Shown: positions 49,011 through 63,100, numbered from the stretch's first letter. The stretch: 64,000 bases of DNA from Callorhinchus milii (GCF_018977255.1 NW_024704743.1:52330001-52394000), one strand, 5' to 3'. Made by a program: numbers and translations. The notes: generated from the letters alone by a model not told the origin.

Positions 49011-49955
49011 AACCAGTCAATATACTTTAAAGTAAATTCTGTAAAGAAGTTCTAATGACGTGATAAGACACTATATCAAATGCAAAGATTATTATTCTAA
49101 CCCTGGTTCTAATCCGTTTGGGGCCATAGATGTGGAATGCACCTGGTCAAGGTTGGATAATGTGTAACTTGGAGTTTGTTATCTTTAAAACTCAGGAGAG
49201 TTGGATGTTCACTTTTGTTATTACTTTACTTTGAAATTGGGAAAAAATCTCAATGCTCTTTTAGGAGTGTTTGAGAGGTCATGGCATCAGGCCCCATTCC
49301 TAGGCAACTGCCATTGCTGCTCTGGCATCCGAGAAAAAATCGCTCACAATTTTTATCTCGCATATCAATACTGCTTTGCTGATTTTGGAAACTCAATAGA
49401 TAATTATGTCCCAACTTAATGGATGTGCAAGGGTATACTGAGCTGCCTCGCTTTCTTACACATATCATTAGTTTCCCACAGTCATTCTAAGTTATAATAC
49501 TGTATGAGGAAATGTTGGTGAGTATCCTGAAAGAATATTGGATGCTGATATTCACTCCCCAATTTAATTTTTCAAATTTCCCTTTACTTTCCTGTATATT
49601 TAAATGTAAATTTGCACTTCCCAAAATTCCAGCTTCATCCAAATTCACCCTAAAATAATTGATTATTTTTCATTTTGTCCGATATTTCTGTCTGCCTTAT
49701 TTGCTTATAGTAATTGTTGCTGTTGGAGTGGTTTTTAAAATGTGTTGCTGCCGCTACCAAGGGTGTGGCTGATACCTTTCGGCACGAGAACCACTGCTTC
49801 CCACCGCCGATTTAGAAAGACAAGAAATGACTGCATTCTTCCTACATAAAGACTAGGCTGTTATATCCAACATAAAATTACATTTGTAAAGCACCTTTCA
49901 CATCGGGAGGACATCTCAAGGCACTGAACAGCACTAAAAGGAGATAGATTGTAGT

Positions 49956-50575
49956 CATAAGAACATAAGCACATAAGAAATGGGAGCAGGAGTAGGCCAT
50001 TCGGTCCCTTGAGCCTGCCACGCCACTTAATAAGATCATGGCTGATCTTCTAACCTAATTCCATTTACCCGCCCTATCCCCATATCCCTTAATTCCTTTA
50101 GTTTTTAAAAATCTATCGATCTCAATTTTGAATATATTCAATACTGAGCATCCACAGCCTTCTGGGGTAGAGAATTCCATAAATTCACTACCCTCTGAGT
50201 GACATGTTTTCTCAACTCAGTTCTAAAAGGCTGACCTTTAATCCTGAGACTATGATCCCTAGTTTTATATTCTCCAACCAAGGGAAACAGTCTCACGCTA
50301 TCTACCTTGTCAAGACCCTTAGGAATCATACAGGTTTCTATAAGATCACCTCTAATTCTTCTACATTCTAGAGAATATAGACCTAGTTTACTCAACCTAT
50401 TCTCAGAGGTCAACCCCCTCATCCCAGGAGCCAACCTCGTGAACCTCCTCTAAGGGGAGTATATCCTTTCTTAGACAAGGAGACCAAAACTGCACACAAT
50501 ATTCTAGGTGAGGTGTCACAAAGGCACTATACATCTGCAGCAAGACTTCCCTCCTCTTGTATTCTAACACCTTGA
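49956..50575 (-). mobile_element. CR1 3' region
   Basis: [29 protein letters not shown] and TQRVVNLWNSLP; (CATAAGAA)-type tail repeats at 49956-49980. Confidence 0.92.
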
Positions 50576-50604
50576 GATTGTAGTCGTTTCTTGTCTTCCT
50601 AAAC

Positions 50605-51479
50605 CGGTGGTGGCCAACCAGTGGCACAAGTGCCACAAGATGGCAGCCACACACTTGGAAGTGGATCCCACGCTGAAGTGATGTCACTGCCGCACCCCTC
50701 ACCCGCCGGTCACATGCCCTCAACTCCCGACCACACTGCGGGGGTCCAAGAGCTCCGCTCACTGTACCCAGAGCGGCAGCGGCTTGGACCCCAGCATAGA
50801 GAGAGTGGGCGTGAGAGAGTTTTGTGTGTGAGTGAAAGAGAGACTGTGTGAAAGAGAAAGATAGTGAGTGTGAGAGAGAGAGAGAAAGAGAGACAGAGTG
50901 CGTGTGTGTACGACTGTGTGAAAGAGAAAGATAGTGAGTGTGAGAGAGAGACAGAGTGTGTGTGTGTGTGTGACTGTATGAAAGAGAAAGATAGTGAGTG
51001 TGAGAAAGAGACAGAGTGTGTGTGACGGAGAGAGAGATTGAGTGAGAGAAAGACTGACAGAGAGAAAAAGTGAGTGAGAGGGAAAAAGTGAGAAACAGAG
51101 GCCTCACAATGCAGGGTCTCCCTCATATCCCCCTCACCTCAAATGCCAACAAGGTCAATGCCAGTCTGTGCAGATTTGGATCAACCTACACCTGTGAGCA
51201 GTCCTTTTCCACCATGAACTTCATAAAAAATATTGTTCCAAACTAATCGATGATCACCTTAATAATCTACTGGTGTGCTCAAAACAGAATCCAAATATTG
51301 AAGATATCATGAACCAAAAAAAATTCAGAAACCTAATTAAGTGACTTGTTTGATATTTTATTGTGAATTTCTTAAGAAATGCATCTTTCTTTTTCAGCAA
51401 TATTTTTCTTTTTAATTTTACTATGTTTTGTTTTAAGTGGCACGGTGATTATGTCTTAGCAAAAGGTTGTCCACCACTG
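50605..51479 (+). mobile_element. Non-autonomous hAT (Charlie/Buster-like) element with transposase C-terminal remnant
   Basis: TIRs CGGTGGTGGCCAACC / GGTTGTCCACCACTG; degenerate 8-bp TSD TCCTAAAC / GTCTAAAT; FGSTYTCEQSFSTMNFIKN encoded from 51175. Confidence 0.85.
50797..51100. repeat. Compound (GA)/(GT) microsatellite with higher-order unit
   Basis: GACTGTGTGAAAGAGAAAGATAGTGAGTGTGAGA occurs three times with about 60-70 nt spacing. Confidence 0.85.
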
Positions 51480-51545
51480 GTCTAAATGATTGAAACTGTT
51501 TGTTCTCTTATTAAAGTTCATCTTACCAAGGAATCTTTGTCAAAT

Positions 51546-51955
51546 GTCAGCCTGGCTCAAATTGCAGCATTCTCGCCTCAGAACTTCTGAGGTTGGGGGT
51601 TCAAAACTTGCGTTGCGACTTAAAGTTTCTAATATAGGCTGATGCTCCAATGCAAAGCTGAGGAAACCCTGCATTGTTGGAGGTGCTGTCCTTTGGTTGA
51701 GATGTTAAACTGAGGTCCCATCTGCATGTTCAGGCAGATGGGACCTTAGAAAAAGAAAAGGGAATTTGTCCCAGTGTCCTGCCCAATAATCCCTCTGACC
51801 ATTCACTTCATGACTATTTGTGGAACATTGCTGTGCGCATATTGGCTGCCACGTTCACCTACAAAATACAGTCACTACACATTAGAATAAATCCTGTGAA
51901 GTGCTTGGAGACTTCCTTCCGATGTAAAAGATGCTGTATCAAATGCAAAGAGTAT
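51546..51955 (+). mobile_element. Deu-domain-like SINE, full length
   Basis: GTCAGCCTGGCTCA head, GCATTGTTGGAGGTGCTGTC...GATGTTAAACTGAGGTCCCATCTGC core and shared tail. Confidence 0.8.
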
Positions 51956-52424
51956 TTTTGATTGAAGAAAAGTAAAAATGTTTTTGTTTGGTTTATACCT
52001 ACATCTACAAAACTCATTTGGCTGCGGAATTCTGTGTTGCTACAAAATCTTAAAAGTTATTGCCTTCCAAAAGAGATAAGTTTGTGATCCAGACTATGGT
52101 CCGATTCATAAGTGGATTTGACACAGTGTGAGCTAGAGTAATCATGCATGAGTAGCAGGCTATGTCAGCATGCAAGTTACTTTCAATCTATCCAAGAAAG
52201 ATGAAATTGTGACATGGTCTACATAAATGCTTTAAAACTTTTGGTGTAATTAGTTCCTATATTAAATACATGTTTTTATTTGTTCTGATCATTAACCCTT
52301 TTTTACACAATTGTTAAGCTAAGGTTTGTCTGCCTTTTGATTCTGGTGAGCATTAAAGATCCTGTACCATCATTTCATAAAAGAGTATGGGGATTTGTTT
52401 CCTTGTCCTGGCTAATATCTCTTA

Positions 52425-52850
52425 TGTCTTACCACTTCCTCAATTTCCTCTCCTCTCCCATTTTCCTCCCCTCCTCCAAGTCCCTACCATTTTGTCCCGC
52501 CCATGGAACTTCCCGGGGCCCGAATCCTTCAAAAACATTTTTCATCCTCAGACCTTCTCTCCCCCTGGCCTTCCACCTGCAGCAATCTCGATGCAGACAT
52601 CAAGCTTCTAAATGAGCCCCTCTCCTCAACCTTCAATTCCCTACCTACTCCCACTTCACTTCCCACAATACCCACTCACTCACCCTGGTATAACAGCCAC
52701 CTCCACTACCTCAAATCCCAAACCCGGACGCTCTAGTAAAGTTGGCACAATACTAGCTTCATGGTTCACCGCCAAATGTGGCTCAAGCATCTGCGTTTCT
52801 ACTGCCTCTCTTTCTCAGACCCAAACTGCCTTCTATTCCAAGGCCATTCT
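52425..52850 (+). mobile_element. L2 ORF2 internal fragment
   Basis: SPWYNSHLHYLKS, homologous to 9025-9470. Confidence 0.8.
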
Positions 52851-55249
52851 TCTTATTGCTATATCAAAGCATACTAATCCTTGCAATAATATGCATTATT
52901 AACAATATTTAGTAATCATGATTGTTAATAATTAATAATAAAATACAAATTATTATTATTTCTGTATATCAGATAGTTTCACCCATGATTCAGTTGGGGC
53001 CCAGAAGAAAATAAAAAATTCTATTTACAAGCATGTGGAGACATGTTAGCGTAATAGTTGTGACAACTGTTCACAATGCAGCTATTGTATTGGTAATCCT
53101 GATTTTGTTTTTATGTCTGTGTTCTGTGTATTTTTGCACCATGTTTACATCCTGATACAAAAATTATATTAGAATTAGCGTGTGTGCAAATTCTGCATGT
53201 ATAGAGCCAGTCTGTGCTTTAGACTCCCGTTTAGTTTTAAAATTGTGGGATCAAGTTGTTGGAGTTAAAAGGACCTTTGTTTTATGGTGCAACTGTTGGC
53301 ATTCTCCTCTTCTGCCTACAATAATTAATCTCAGAGGTGCTCAGTGAGATTGAGGTCAGGACTCTGATCCACTTTAGTGATGCATGCCAGAATCCTTATT
53401 GCACTTACATGTTTGTTATACCCTAGAGTATATTGCTATCAGACATTGGTAGCTGAGGAAAAGACAATATTGGGCAATAGACGACGGCAAATAATGTTGG
53501 TTTGAGTGTTATTTGGTGAATTGTTATCAATATGGTATAGGAAAACAGTTGTTCTTGCATTAATGTTGTAGCAACCTGCTTTTTGTGTGCTCCTCAAATA
53601 ATCATCTCTGATTGCTCTCAGCTCTATTGCTATCAACAACAACAAATTTACATTTAAATAGCACCTTTCATGTCAAGAAAACATCCCAAGGCACAGAGTG
53701 ACAGAGCTGAAACCACCACGTGTGGTAATTCAACCTTTTGCTCCAAATGGCAGTGTACTCTCTCTGGTTTTGTGAATCAAATCTTGTCTTTCAAGATTTA
53801 TATTTTGACTGCATTTCAGTGATCTTTCTCCTCCCCTTTGGCTGCTGCTCCCAGCTTGAGGACCTAGCCAACAGTCTTGAGCACTTTTAGATGTTAACCC
53901 AATGGGAAATGCGCTATGAAAATGTAACTTATATTATACTATTTTTAACGGTTTAATTGGGCAGTACAAAAATGTGTGTACACACCATTGTGCTTTGAAG
54001 CACAATAGCTATGTTACTGTACTTTAATTAGTTGTTTTAACACTCATTTTATGGCCACCAAACATTTTAGTTGTTGGGTAAAGGTTTAGCTGTAGTTGTG
54101 TGTGTTGGATAAATGTAAAGAATGAGATTTACAATACAGCTTACATTTATAAAGCGCTTTTCATGTTAGGAAGACATGACAAAGCACTTAGCACTGCTGG
54201 CTGGCAGCGGGGGTCGAAGGGGGTGGGGAGGGGAAAGATAACCGAAAGCTGTGGTCAAGGAGAGTGATCTTGAGAGAGTCCAGTCAAAGAGATATATTTT
54301 GTAGCAATTTATGATGCAAATGATGGAAAGATTATATACCCATTAGATATATCAATCCTATTTTAAGTCATATATTTGAATCAAAATTAATGGTTCTTTT
54401 TAATGATTAAAACTTGAATATTCTGGATTCTTAGATCTCTAATTACAATGTCCTGTGAAACTCCATCAACTGCATAATACAATGATTAGACAATTATAGC
54501 AATTTTTACCCTGAATGCATTACTTATATAGGCAGATATATGTTTAATTGGTAGCTGTGGCAGGCAGCAGTGTGAAGTGCTTTAACACATTCTCCCAACA
54601 TGAATGGTGCTTTGTAAATGTAAATCACTGTAACCTAAGGCTTCGGTTGGTTGGCCTTATTGGATTAATTTTCTATTTGTAAATATTCCAGGTACTGGTC
54701 CTCTTTGACGGAACTTTTATCGTGTTGCTGGTGTGTCTTGCCACATTAAATTACTCGGCTATTTTTGAATGGTTGGTTTTAAAATAATCCTTGCATTTGA
54801 TATAACACCTTACTGTGATATCAAAACGTCTCAAAACACTTTACAGGATTTACTGTGAAGTGTAGTGACTGTGTATTTTTAGGCATACAACTCATCACAC
54901 AGCAATATCTCACTGACGGCCATGAAATGAATGACCAATTTTATCTGGGGGTTTGCTGGTCAATAGGAAAAACTCTTTATCTTATTGACATCTGGTCTAA
55001 TTGTAGAATTATCAATAATATTGCGAACTATCTGTTTACTGATGACATTTGGTTTGAGTATAATCCCAAGTGATGAGATGTAATAATCTTAACTGAAATG
55101 AGTTTGGACAGCCTCAACTTTGCACCGAGTAAATATAATTTTCCAACACAAACCTGTTTCTAATAAAATTAGTTATATGAACTTCCAATTTATATTTGAT
55201 TCAGTTTTATTGAATTGTATTTATTCAGTGCAAGGTTGGGGGTGTGTCT

Positions 55250-55558
55250 TCATTGTTGCGGGTGCCATCCTTCAGTTGAGATTGAGATGTTAAACCAAGG
55301 TCCTGTCTGCCTATTCAAGTGGATGTTGACAATCCCATGGCACTATTTGAGAAGAGAACAAGAGTTTCTCCTGGTGTCCTGGCCAAAAATCCCCCAGATA
55401 AAATTGGTCATTTTCTTAATTACTGTTTGTAGGACAATGCAGTGCGCAAATTGGCTGCCGCATTTACCTATAAAATACAGTCACTGCACTTTGCAGTATA
55501 TCGTGTGGCTTGGTTTGAGTCCTCCCTGAATGGAGCTATATCAAATGCAAGGATTATT
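55250..55558 (+). mobile_element. Deu-domain-like SINE 3' part
   Basis: GATGTTAAACCAAGGTCCTGTCTGCC...ATCCCATGGCACTATTTG...GGTGTCCTGGCCAA core and tail. Confidence 0.8.
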
Positions 55559-56493
55559 AAAGGTAAGTTGCATGATTTTAGCTTGTTAAATTCCAGCAGT
55601 ACCTCAATGCACTATGGGGTGCCAAGCCTTGGCTTTTTCTAACCTGCGTCTAAATTCTACAGAATGAGGTAAAAAGAGTATATCCATTTGAGAAGAGTGC
55701 GAATTCCATTCCAGACAAACTGAAAGCAAACTCGTGGAATTCTCAGTGCTTTGCTTTAGAGTCTCTTAAGCACAGTGACAGGTATCTGTGGTGACCAAAA
55801 ATGTTGGCTTTAATTTTCACTGACGTTTATCTGCTATTACTTTAAAATTGCAGCATTGTAGTTAAATTGTATCTTGAATACCTCCAACTTGAACAAATCA
55901 TATATAGGTCAAATAGATGTTTTTTTTGTATTTTCTTAATTCAAGTATGACCCAGGTTTTATCTCCCAGCCTTCTCATCTGCCTGAATTCCTGCTGGCAT
56001 TTGACAGCATTCAGCAGGGAACTTAAGTCAACCAAATCCCATGATAAATTTACAGGCAGGACAACTCAAGTCACTCAAATTTATGACCTCAATGGTCTTC
56101 CCTTCAATTATAAAAGGTATTTCACTGAGTTCCCTCTCCAGCTTCAGTTGGAAAGTTCACAACTCAGTATGAAACTCAGACAAAAACTTGTAAAGTTTTG
56201 ATCCCTTAACAGTACTGGTTGAGCTGTTTCCAGACAAGACAGTGGTAGAAGCCAATAACATTATGTTGTGTCAGGGCTTGAGATTCTTTAATGTTTATTG
56301 GAACTGCTCTTCTCCATTACATTGCTTTGCTGGAGTTTTAATGCATCACATATTTTGTTGCATCACTTTGGCAGCCCCGATAAATTGTGCTGAATTTACT
56401 GCAAATAAAGTAAGAATGAAGCTACTTTGCTGTGATAAAACTTTGGTCTGTGCAATACCTTTCATTAAAACTGTCATATTTTAAATTCTGCAG

Positions 56494-56636
56494 ATAGCTA
56501 TCATGACGGTGACGCTGTTCCCGATTCGTCTTTTCCTCGCTGCTTTCATGATGCTGTTGGCATGGCCTTTTGCTTTCCTTGCTGAGTGGGGGCGGACTGA
56601 AAAAGAACTGGAGAAACCTATGACCTTGTGGAAAAA
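56494..56636 (+). CDS. LPCAT1: LPCAT1 coding exon 2 (143 nt; N-terminal hydrophobic membrane segment)
   Basis: Acceptor TTTTAAATTCTGCAG| and donor AA|GTAAGT. Translates IAIMTVTLFPIRLFLAAFMMLLAWPFAFLAEWGRTEKELEKPMTLWK, in frame with exon 1, versus recalled human VALMTLTLFPVRLLVAAAMMLLAWPLALVASLGSAEKEPEQPPALWR. Absent from the ORF track because it is short. Confidence 0.95.
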
Positions 56637-58284
56637 GTAAGTAAAAAAAATTTCATTTTCTGTTGTACTTTTGATTCATGAAATCCTTATGATCTGTCAC
56701 ATACAAAAGGTATCCAGAAATTCATCATATGGCATAAAGGCAAGTTCCTTCAAATAAGGAGATGGACAAGATAACAACACAGTGCTTGGCATACTTTTTG
56801 GAGGCAGATGATAGTTTTTTTAAATTTTTGTTATTGCATTTTTTCTGCTTGCTTGCAGAAGAGAAAAAAGGTTACAGAATTTTTTTTACACACACACATT
56901 GATGTTGAACTGTGAAATATTATACAACAAATAATAACAAATAATTGTTGAAGCTGAAGCTATACATAATTTAAAAGGAAATTGAAAAATATTATTGAAG
57001 GGCATTCTGGAGAGAGCAGGGAATAGAATTAGAGTAGACAGTCCTAATGCAAGAGCTGGACCCAGCACAAACAAAATGGACCAAAAAGCCTCCTGTGCTA
57101 TAAACTTCTTTGATTCTGTTTCTACTTTGTCAACTTTTTCAGTTCTTTATTAGTATTCGATTTAAAACTATGTGGTTCCAATATTACTTTTGGGATATTA
57201 CTTTTATGGATCAGTTTTTCTTCCATTGTTAACCTTTCCCTAGGTCAAACATCTCTCTCTATTGATTCTGATCTTACAATTTTTCATTTACAATATGATT
57301 TTGGGCCTCGTGCTTTCATGGCAAAGGTACTACAGCATGGTCAAGTTATCGCATTTAGGATAAAGGTATCAGAATTAAAATCACCTAAGTTTTTCTCCTC
57401 CAATTTTCTCTTTTCTCCTGCTGGTCAATTTTATTTTCCCTTCTACAGTTCCACATGCAGAAGTCGCCTTAAAGTATCCGATCAAGTTATCATTTATTCT
57501 GTTGCCAGGCTATGCCAGAAACATTAGTCCAATTCTGTCCCATCCTTTTTTTATAATGTGTACATTTATTTATATATATAATATAATATAGATATAATAC
57601 ATATGCACTTTTATTCTTCTCTGGATAAAAATCTGGAGTGGGAACCATAACGTTTTACTCCCTCTCTAAGGACACTAAGGACAGTTGCAGCTTTCCAACT
57701 GCAATCCCAGTTGAGATCAACTGACTCAACATAGGGCAGAGGTATATACCTTTTCCAATTGGCTATCAAAGTAAGTTGTAAGTTTAAGTGGCTGGAACAT
57801 TTAAGCATTGACTGTTCAACATAGGACCATCGTAATTCAGCATGGTTGACCGCATTCAAGTTATAGGAGGTGGGCAGTGATGTTGAGGGTACAGAAAGGG
57901 AAAATGTAAAACCCCAAATTAAGTTCTTTCTTGACTGCTGTACTTGCATACTCCCTGCTTAAAAGAAAACAAGTGTACTAAGTAGAATATGTAAAGTGTG
58001 AGAAGGGGTTCCATTTTGTGCTCCACTGGCTGGATGAACTCTTCAGTGCTACAACACAGATTTTCCCCCTTGTATTCAGGTAAATATCTTGGGATGTTGA
58101 ATTGGGTGTTCAAATTGGTGTCTTCACTGAATGTTTATGTATCAGTTACTAGGCTAATTACTAAATAAAGCACTGCTACAGAGTGGCCAATCTACAGTAA
58201 GGTAACAGCAATGATACTCTAGTTATTTTAACTATTTCCCTTATCAGAGTTTCACTGTATCACATTGGGAGCTATGCGCAATGT

Positions 58285-59243
58285 TCACATGCCTCTGTTC
58301 ACCTCGCAGTTCACTTACCTCACGAACCGTCTACAAATGGCTTTTTCTCCCGCTCTCACCCGGTTACCTGCGGGGTACCCCAAGGATCCATCCTTGGCCC
58401 TCTCCTCTTCCTAATCTATATATTCCCTCTTGGGGATGTCATCCGCAGACATGGGTACACTTCCACATGTATGCGGACGACACTCAACTCTATTTTTCTA
58501 CCTCACTTTGTAACCCCCAGTCCCCTGATGTTCTGTTAGCCTGCCTGCCAGACCTCAGGAGCTGGATGAGCGCGAATTTCCTTCAGCTAAATGTTGACAA
58601 GACGGAAGCCATACTCTTTGGCTCTCGTCAACATCTTAAATTGCACGATTCTCACCTCCTCCACCTACCTGACCTCCCCCTAAAACTCTCCAAACTCATA
58701 CGCAACCTAGGCATCAGGTTCGACCCCCAATTATCCTTCCTCCCCCACATCCTGTCCCTCACCAGCACCGCTTTCTTCCACCTCCAACGCATTGCCCGTC
58801 TCCGCTAATGCCTCACTCCAGAAGCCGCTGAAACCCTGGTCCATGCCTTTTGTCACCTCTCGCCTGGACTATTCAAATGCCCTCCTCGCCCGTCTCCCCT
58901 CCACTACCATTCATAAAATCCAGGTCATCCAGAACTCTGTCGCCCGCATTCTTACCCGCACCAAACTCCGCTCCCTGATTACCTCAGTCCTTGCCAGACT
59001 GCACTGGCTGCCTATCCCAGAGAGGATCGACTTCAAGATCCTCACTCTTGTCTTCAAATCCCTCCACTCCTCTGCACCCCCCGACCTCTCTGACCTCTCT
59101 CCTCACAACAGTGGCAGTTGCCTTCGTTCCAACGGGTCTGACCTCCTCCTTGTCCCTCGAATCCTCCGCTCCACCATCAGCAGCCGTGCCTTCAGCCATT
59201 ATTGTGAAGCGCTCTGAGACGCCGTCTGGCCATGTTGTTGTTG
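58285..59243 (+). mobile_element. L2 RT core and C-terminal region
   Basis: [49 protein letters not shown] and [15 protein letters not shown]; (TTG)n end. Confidence 0.93.
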
Positions 59244-59525
59244 TAGCAGTAAGTAGGAACACGGTTGTTAGTCAATTGGCGGATCCCTTTTCTGGGGGTA
59301 ATAATCCCTTCCAAAAATAAATAAATAATAATAAATTGGTCACTTCAATCCATGACTGTTTGTGGTAAACTGCTATGCACTATTGGCTGTTGTGTTTCGC
59401 CCATACAATATACAGTCAATTACAATATACAGTCAATTCACTTAGCAGCATATTCTGTGAAGTGCTTTGAGACGTCTCAAAGACTTGATAAGGTGCTATA
59501 TCAAATGCAAGGGTTACTATTAATA
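59243..59525 (+). mobile_element. 5'-truncated tRNA-SINE (long variant) directly after the L2 tail
   Basis: Starts TAGCAGTAAGTAGGAAC; internal CAATATACAGTCAATT duplication; standard tail. Confidence 0.85.
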
Positions 59526-59849
59526 TTATGTGTACTATGTTATAATCTTAAACTTAGAAGAATACTATTAATATTAATCCTTGCATTTGGTATGGTGCCT
59601 TTCACGTTTTCGAGGATGTCCTAAAGTGCTTCACAAGATTTACTTTTACAGGCGAATGCGCAGCCAATGTCCCACAAACAGTCATGAAACGAATGACCAA
59701 TTTTATTTGGTGGGTTATTGGCTAGGACACCAGGAGAAACTCAAGACAATACAATTGTCACTCCATTGGAGTATCAACTTCGACTATGCGAGTTCAAGTC
59801 CCAAAGTGATTCTGACTCAGAGGTGAGAGTCCTGCCACCGAGTCAGGTT

Positions 59850-60140
59850 GGAGGACAAACTGACTCCTGTTAATACCAAGCCAAAGCCCAAACGCCTAAG
59901 GTGGACGAGCAGTGGGAAGCTTGCCAGACTGTCGATGACAGCTTTAGTTGGTTAAACTTCAACTGTATCTCACTATACAGCTTTGGCTCTTGCCAACCTA
60001 AAAGTCCCTGGAATTGGGCAAGGTGGATTCCTCTAGGGAGAACGCGCATTTCATTCCAGACGCATGGAAATTTCCATGCATGTATTGAACTCAATCTGGT
60101 TTGGATACTCTGAGACCCGGTGAAGGATTTCTGCATATGT
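59850..60140 (-). repeat. Unclassified old interspersed repeat, copy 3
   Basis: Reverse complement aligns by eye to 1270-1580. Confidence 0.7.
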
Positions 60141-63100
60141 CAGACACCCATAAGCCTTAAAAAAATATTGGAGTGATTTGCTCGTCAGGTCAAGTGTGGT
60201 TTGTCTGGTTTGTCACAGTTCTTTTTTGGAATGAGCACAAGAGTGGAGCGTGTTAATCATCGGCCTGTTCCAACATTGCACGGTTGATTGCAATCCTGTA
60301 ATGTATGGTGGGGGTTTTTTTTTTAAAAAAAGAGACATTTTAAACTTAGGATCTGTTGTTGGAATCTTTCATTCAGGGTCTAACCAAGGCATTCTTCCAT
60401 CACTTGCTTGCATCCTCCATTACATCATCCCAAATGCAGCTGAAAGCTTAATCCACGCTTTTGTCAGTTCCTTATTTAACTTTTCCAAAGTCCTTCTTGT
60501 CGGCCTCCCCAACTCTATCCTCCACTGGCTCCAGACCAAACAAAGCCTGTAGTCCCTATCCTCTCCCTCACTCGACTCCACGTACACTTCACTCCTATCC
60601 TCGCCAAGCTCATTAACTCCCTCCCTATACCCCTGCAGGTCAATTTAAAAATCCTTGCCCTCACCTTCAATTTTAAAATTAAACTAACTATGTAAGAACG
60701 TTTGAAGATAGAGGAGCTCTGGCCATGAAACCAGAGAACACGTTTTTTTTACATTGCTGAGCAGCGTTCTTGAGTGAGAAAATGACACTCTTGCTGCTGT
60801 GTTAAGAATTATTTTGAATGATTATTGTCTATAGTTTCTTCTACATGGATAAAACACAGTAGAAAATTCATTTTACTCAGCAGCAGCAGCATTTTTTAAC
60901 ATCCATTGAAAATTTTGTCTAAATTATACCTTCAACATAACTTGGTCTTCAGATTTTCTCATTTGCTGTGGTAATTATTTTTTGTATAATTTTCAGTGAA
61001 TATTTTTTGATCCATTTATTACCCAGCGTGAATAAATTTTAAAATGTTGATACAAACGTGTAAACGTTAAAAGTGCCCTTTACCCAGAGTATTGTCTCGG
61101 AGGGCTTTATTTGTCATAAAAATCAGTCATGTCATGTTGCAGTGCTACAGGGTATCATGTTGAAAAGCCTTGTGAATTCTGTTATTGTAATCATACAAGT
61201 AAAAAATGCTGAGTTTTCAGTAATACGCACCATTTATGCACCTGTACGGTTACAATATTTTCAAAAGATGAACTGAGCAAGATCTAATTACTGATAAACT
61301 GCTGCTGCAAAATAACAAAAGACAGCATTGGCAACCAAATGGATTAAATTTGCAATTAGCAGGTCAGTTGGTCTAGAACATAATGTCAAAATGAAAAAAT
61401 TTAAATACATAGCATATTATCAAATAACATATTTGTGTGAAGGGTCTAATTCAGTCAAAATGTTATTCGCAAATTGTTTGAGCTTCATGATTATTCCGTG
61501 TGTCACCTGAAGCCCCAGGTTGAATTGTGGCTTTTTAACTCCTATAATTTGTTACTGTTGACCGCAAGTGTGACAATCTTATATTGTACTTACTTTAAAT
61601 AAATTCCTGGATGTTTCAATGGAGCAAAACTATAAATTTTCAGATTTTGAACACCAAGATAATCAAGCTCACAGAGACCGGCATTTTGTTGCAAATATTC
61701 CATATAGCAATGATACATGTTATAGAAAGGTAAAATTACAAATCTGGGAAGCAGTTTTTCCCTCTTGACACGGTTTAAATTTCCACTGGTTGGAACCCAA
61801 CACTTATGCCATGTTATCCTTTGATCATGTCCTTAACCCCCCCCCCTCCAATGAATTACTTCCAATCGTGACACAAAATATCACCCTCCTTTTCTCTTTC
61901 ATCCAATCAAAAACCATACATTCAAAACGTTGCTTAATCTGCATGTGGCCACATCAGATAAACACATCTCTTTCTAAGCACAACGCAGGTCATTTCAAAC
62001 AAAACCATACATTTGTTTGGTTATTGGTTCCAGAAGGTGTCAACATTCTTTCCCGTCATAACAATCACTTGTCAAAACATCCTGACTTGAAACACAGTAC
62101 AGGGAAAAAAATGTTTTTACATGAAAGATACAAAAAAATTCCTTAAACGACTTTGATTTAAACAGAGTATAATAATAAAAAGTTAAAAAACTTTTACCAT
62201 AAATTAAAAAATACTAAAACTAAATACTAATACTAAATAAAATTACTAAGACACTACAATTGTATAATTTCTATCCAACAAAACTTAACAAGGGTATATA
62301 TACACAGACTCGAGTTTTCAAAAGTATTTATCCAAAAGAGTACTGTCTTGATAATGCTCAAAGCAACTTTAATGTGATGTGGAGCACGGAACTTAATTTT
62401 TTCATCTCTTTATTGTGCTTTGCAGCTAATTTTCAATACCACCTCTCGATCCTAACCCGCAGCTCGGGGCCAAATCCCTCACTGTCCAGTGCCTTGGGAA
62501 GTCCTACCAACATGAAAGGCGCTATACAAATGTAATTAGCTGTTGTTATTTAATATTTAAGAGCATATCACATGATGAACTAATTTTTAAAAACAGTTCC
62601 TGAAATATTTTTAATTTTTATAAACAGTTCTTGAAATGTTTGCACCATCCAATGGATCATCTAAAACTATCTAAACTCTTTCATTGGACCATAGGGTGTG
62701 CATAGCAAGTGCATCTATGCATTAGCACAACAAATCAAACTGCTTCTATAACCAGCTCCTCCAGGTGTAGTGTAATGCAGATAAAGTGTCTGATTGCCAC
62801 TGATTAATTGGGAATTAACATGCCCCCTGAAGGTCAAATATTCGTGAAAAGCTTGGTAGGTTGCAAAGTTCCAGTGCAAATTATCAGGGTATCATGAGCA
62901 TTAAATGCCTCTTTCCTGTCAAGAAAATACATTTCAACTACATTGACCTGCCAATGTTAGAGATAGTCAGATAATAAATGCTTCTACCAATCTATGAGAT
63001 AATCTAATTTATAAACCCATAACTGTGGAAATCAGATTCATTTGCTACTGGAGATAAGATGACACATTGCTGGATTTGTGGTATATCTACACTTCTATCA

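Larger units (their letters stand above)
20058..56493 (+). other. LPCAT1: LPCAT1 intron 1 (36,436 nt, GT-AG, phase 0)
   Basis: Bounded by the exon 1 donor and exon 2 acceptor; joining them gives a continuous LPCAT1-like reading frame. Confidence 0.88.

Noticed and set aside
50403..51126. 234-aa and 138-aa minus-strand ORFs
   Set aside because: Chance fusion of microsatellite (SLSHTH repeats), MITE spacer and a CR1 fragment.
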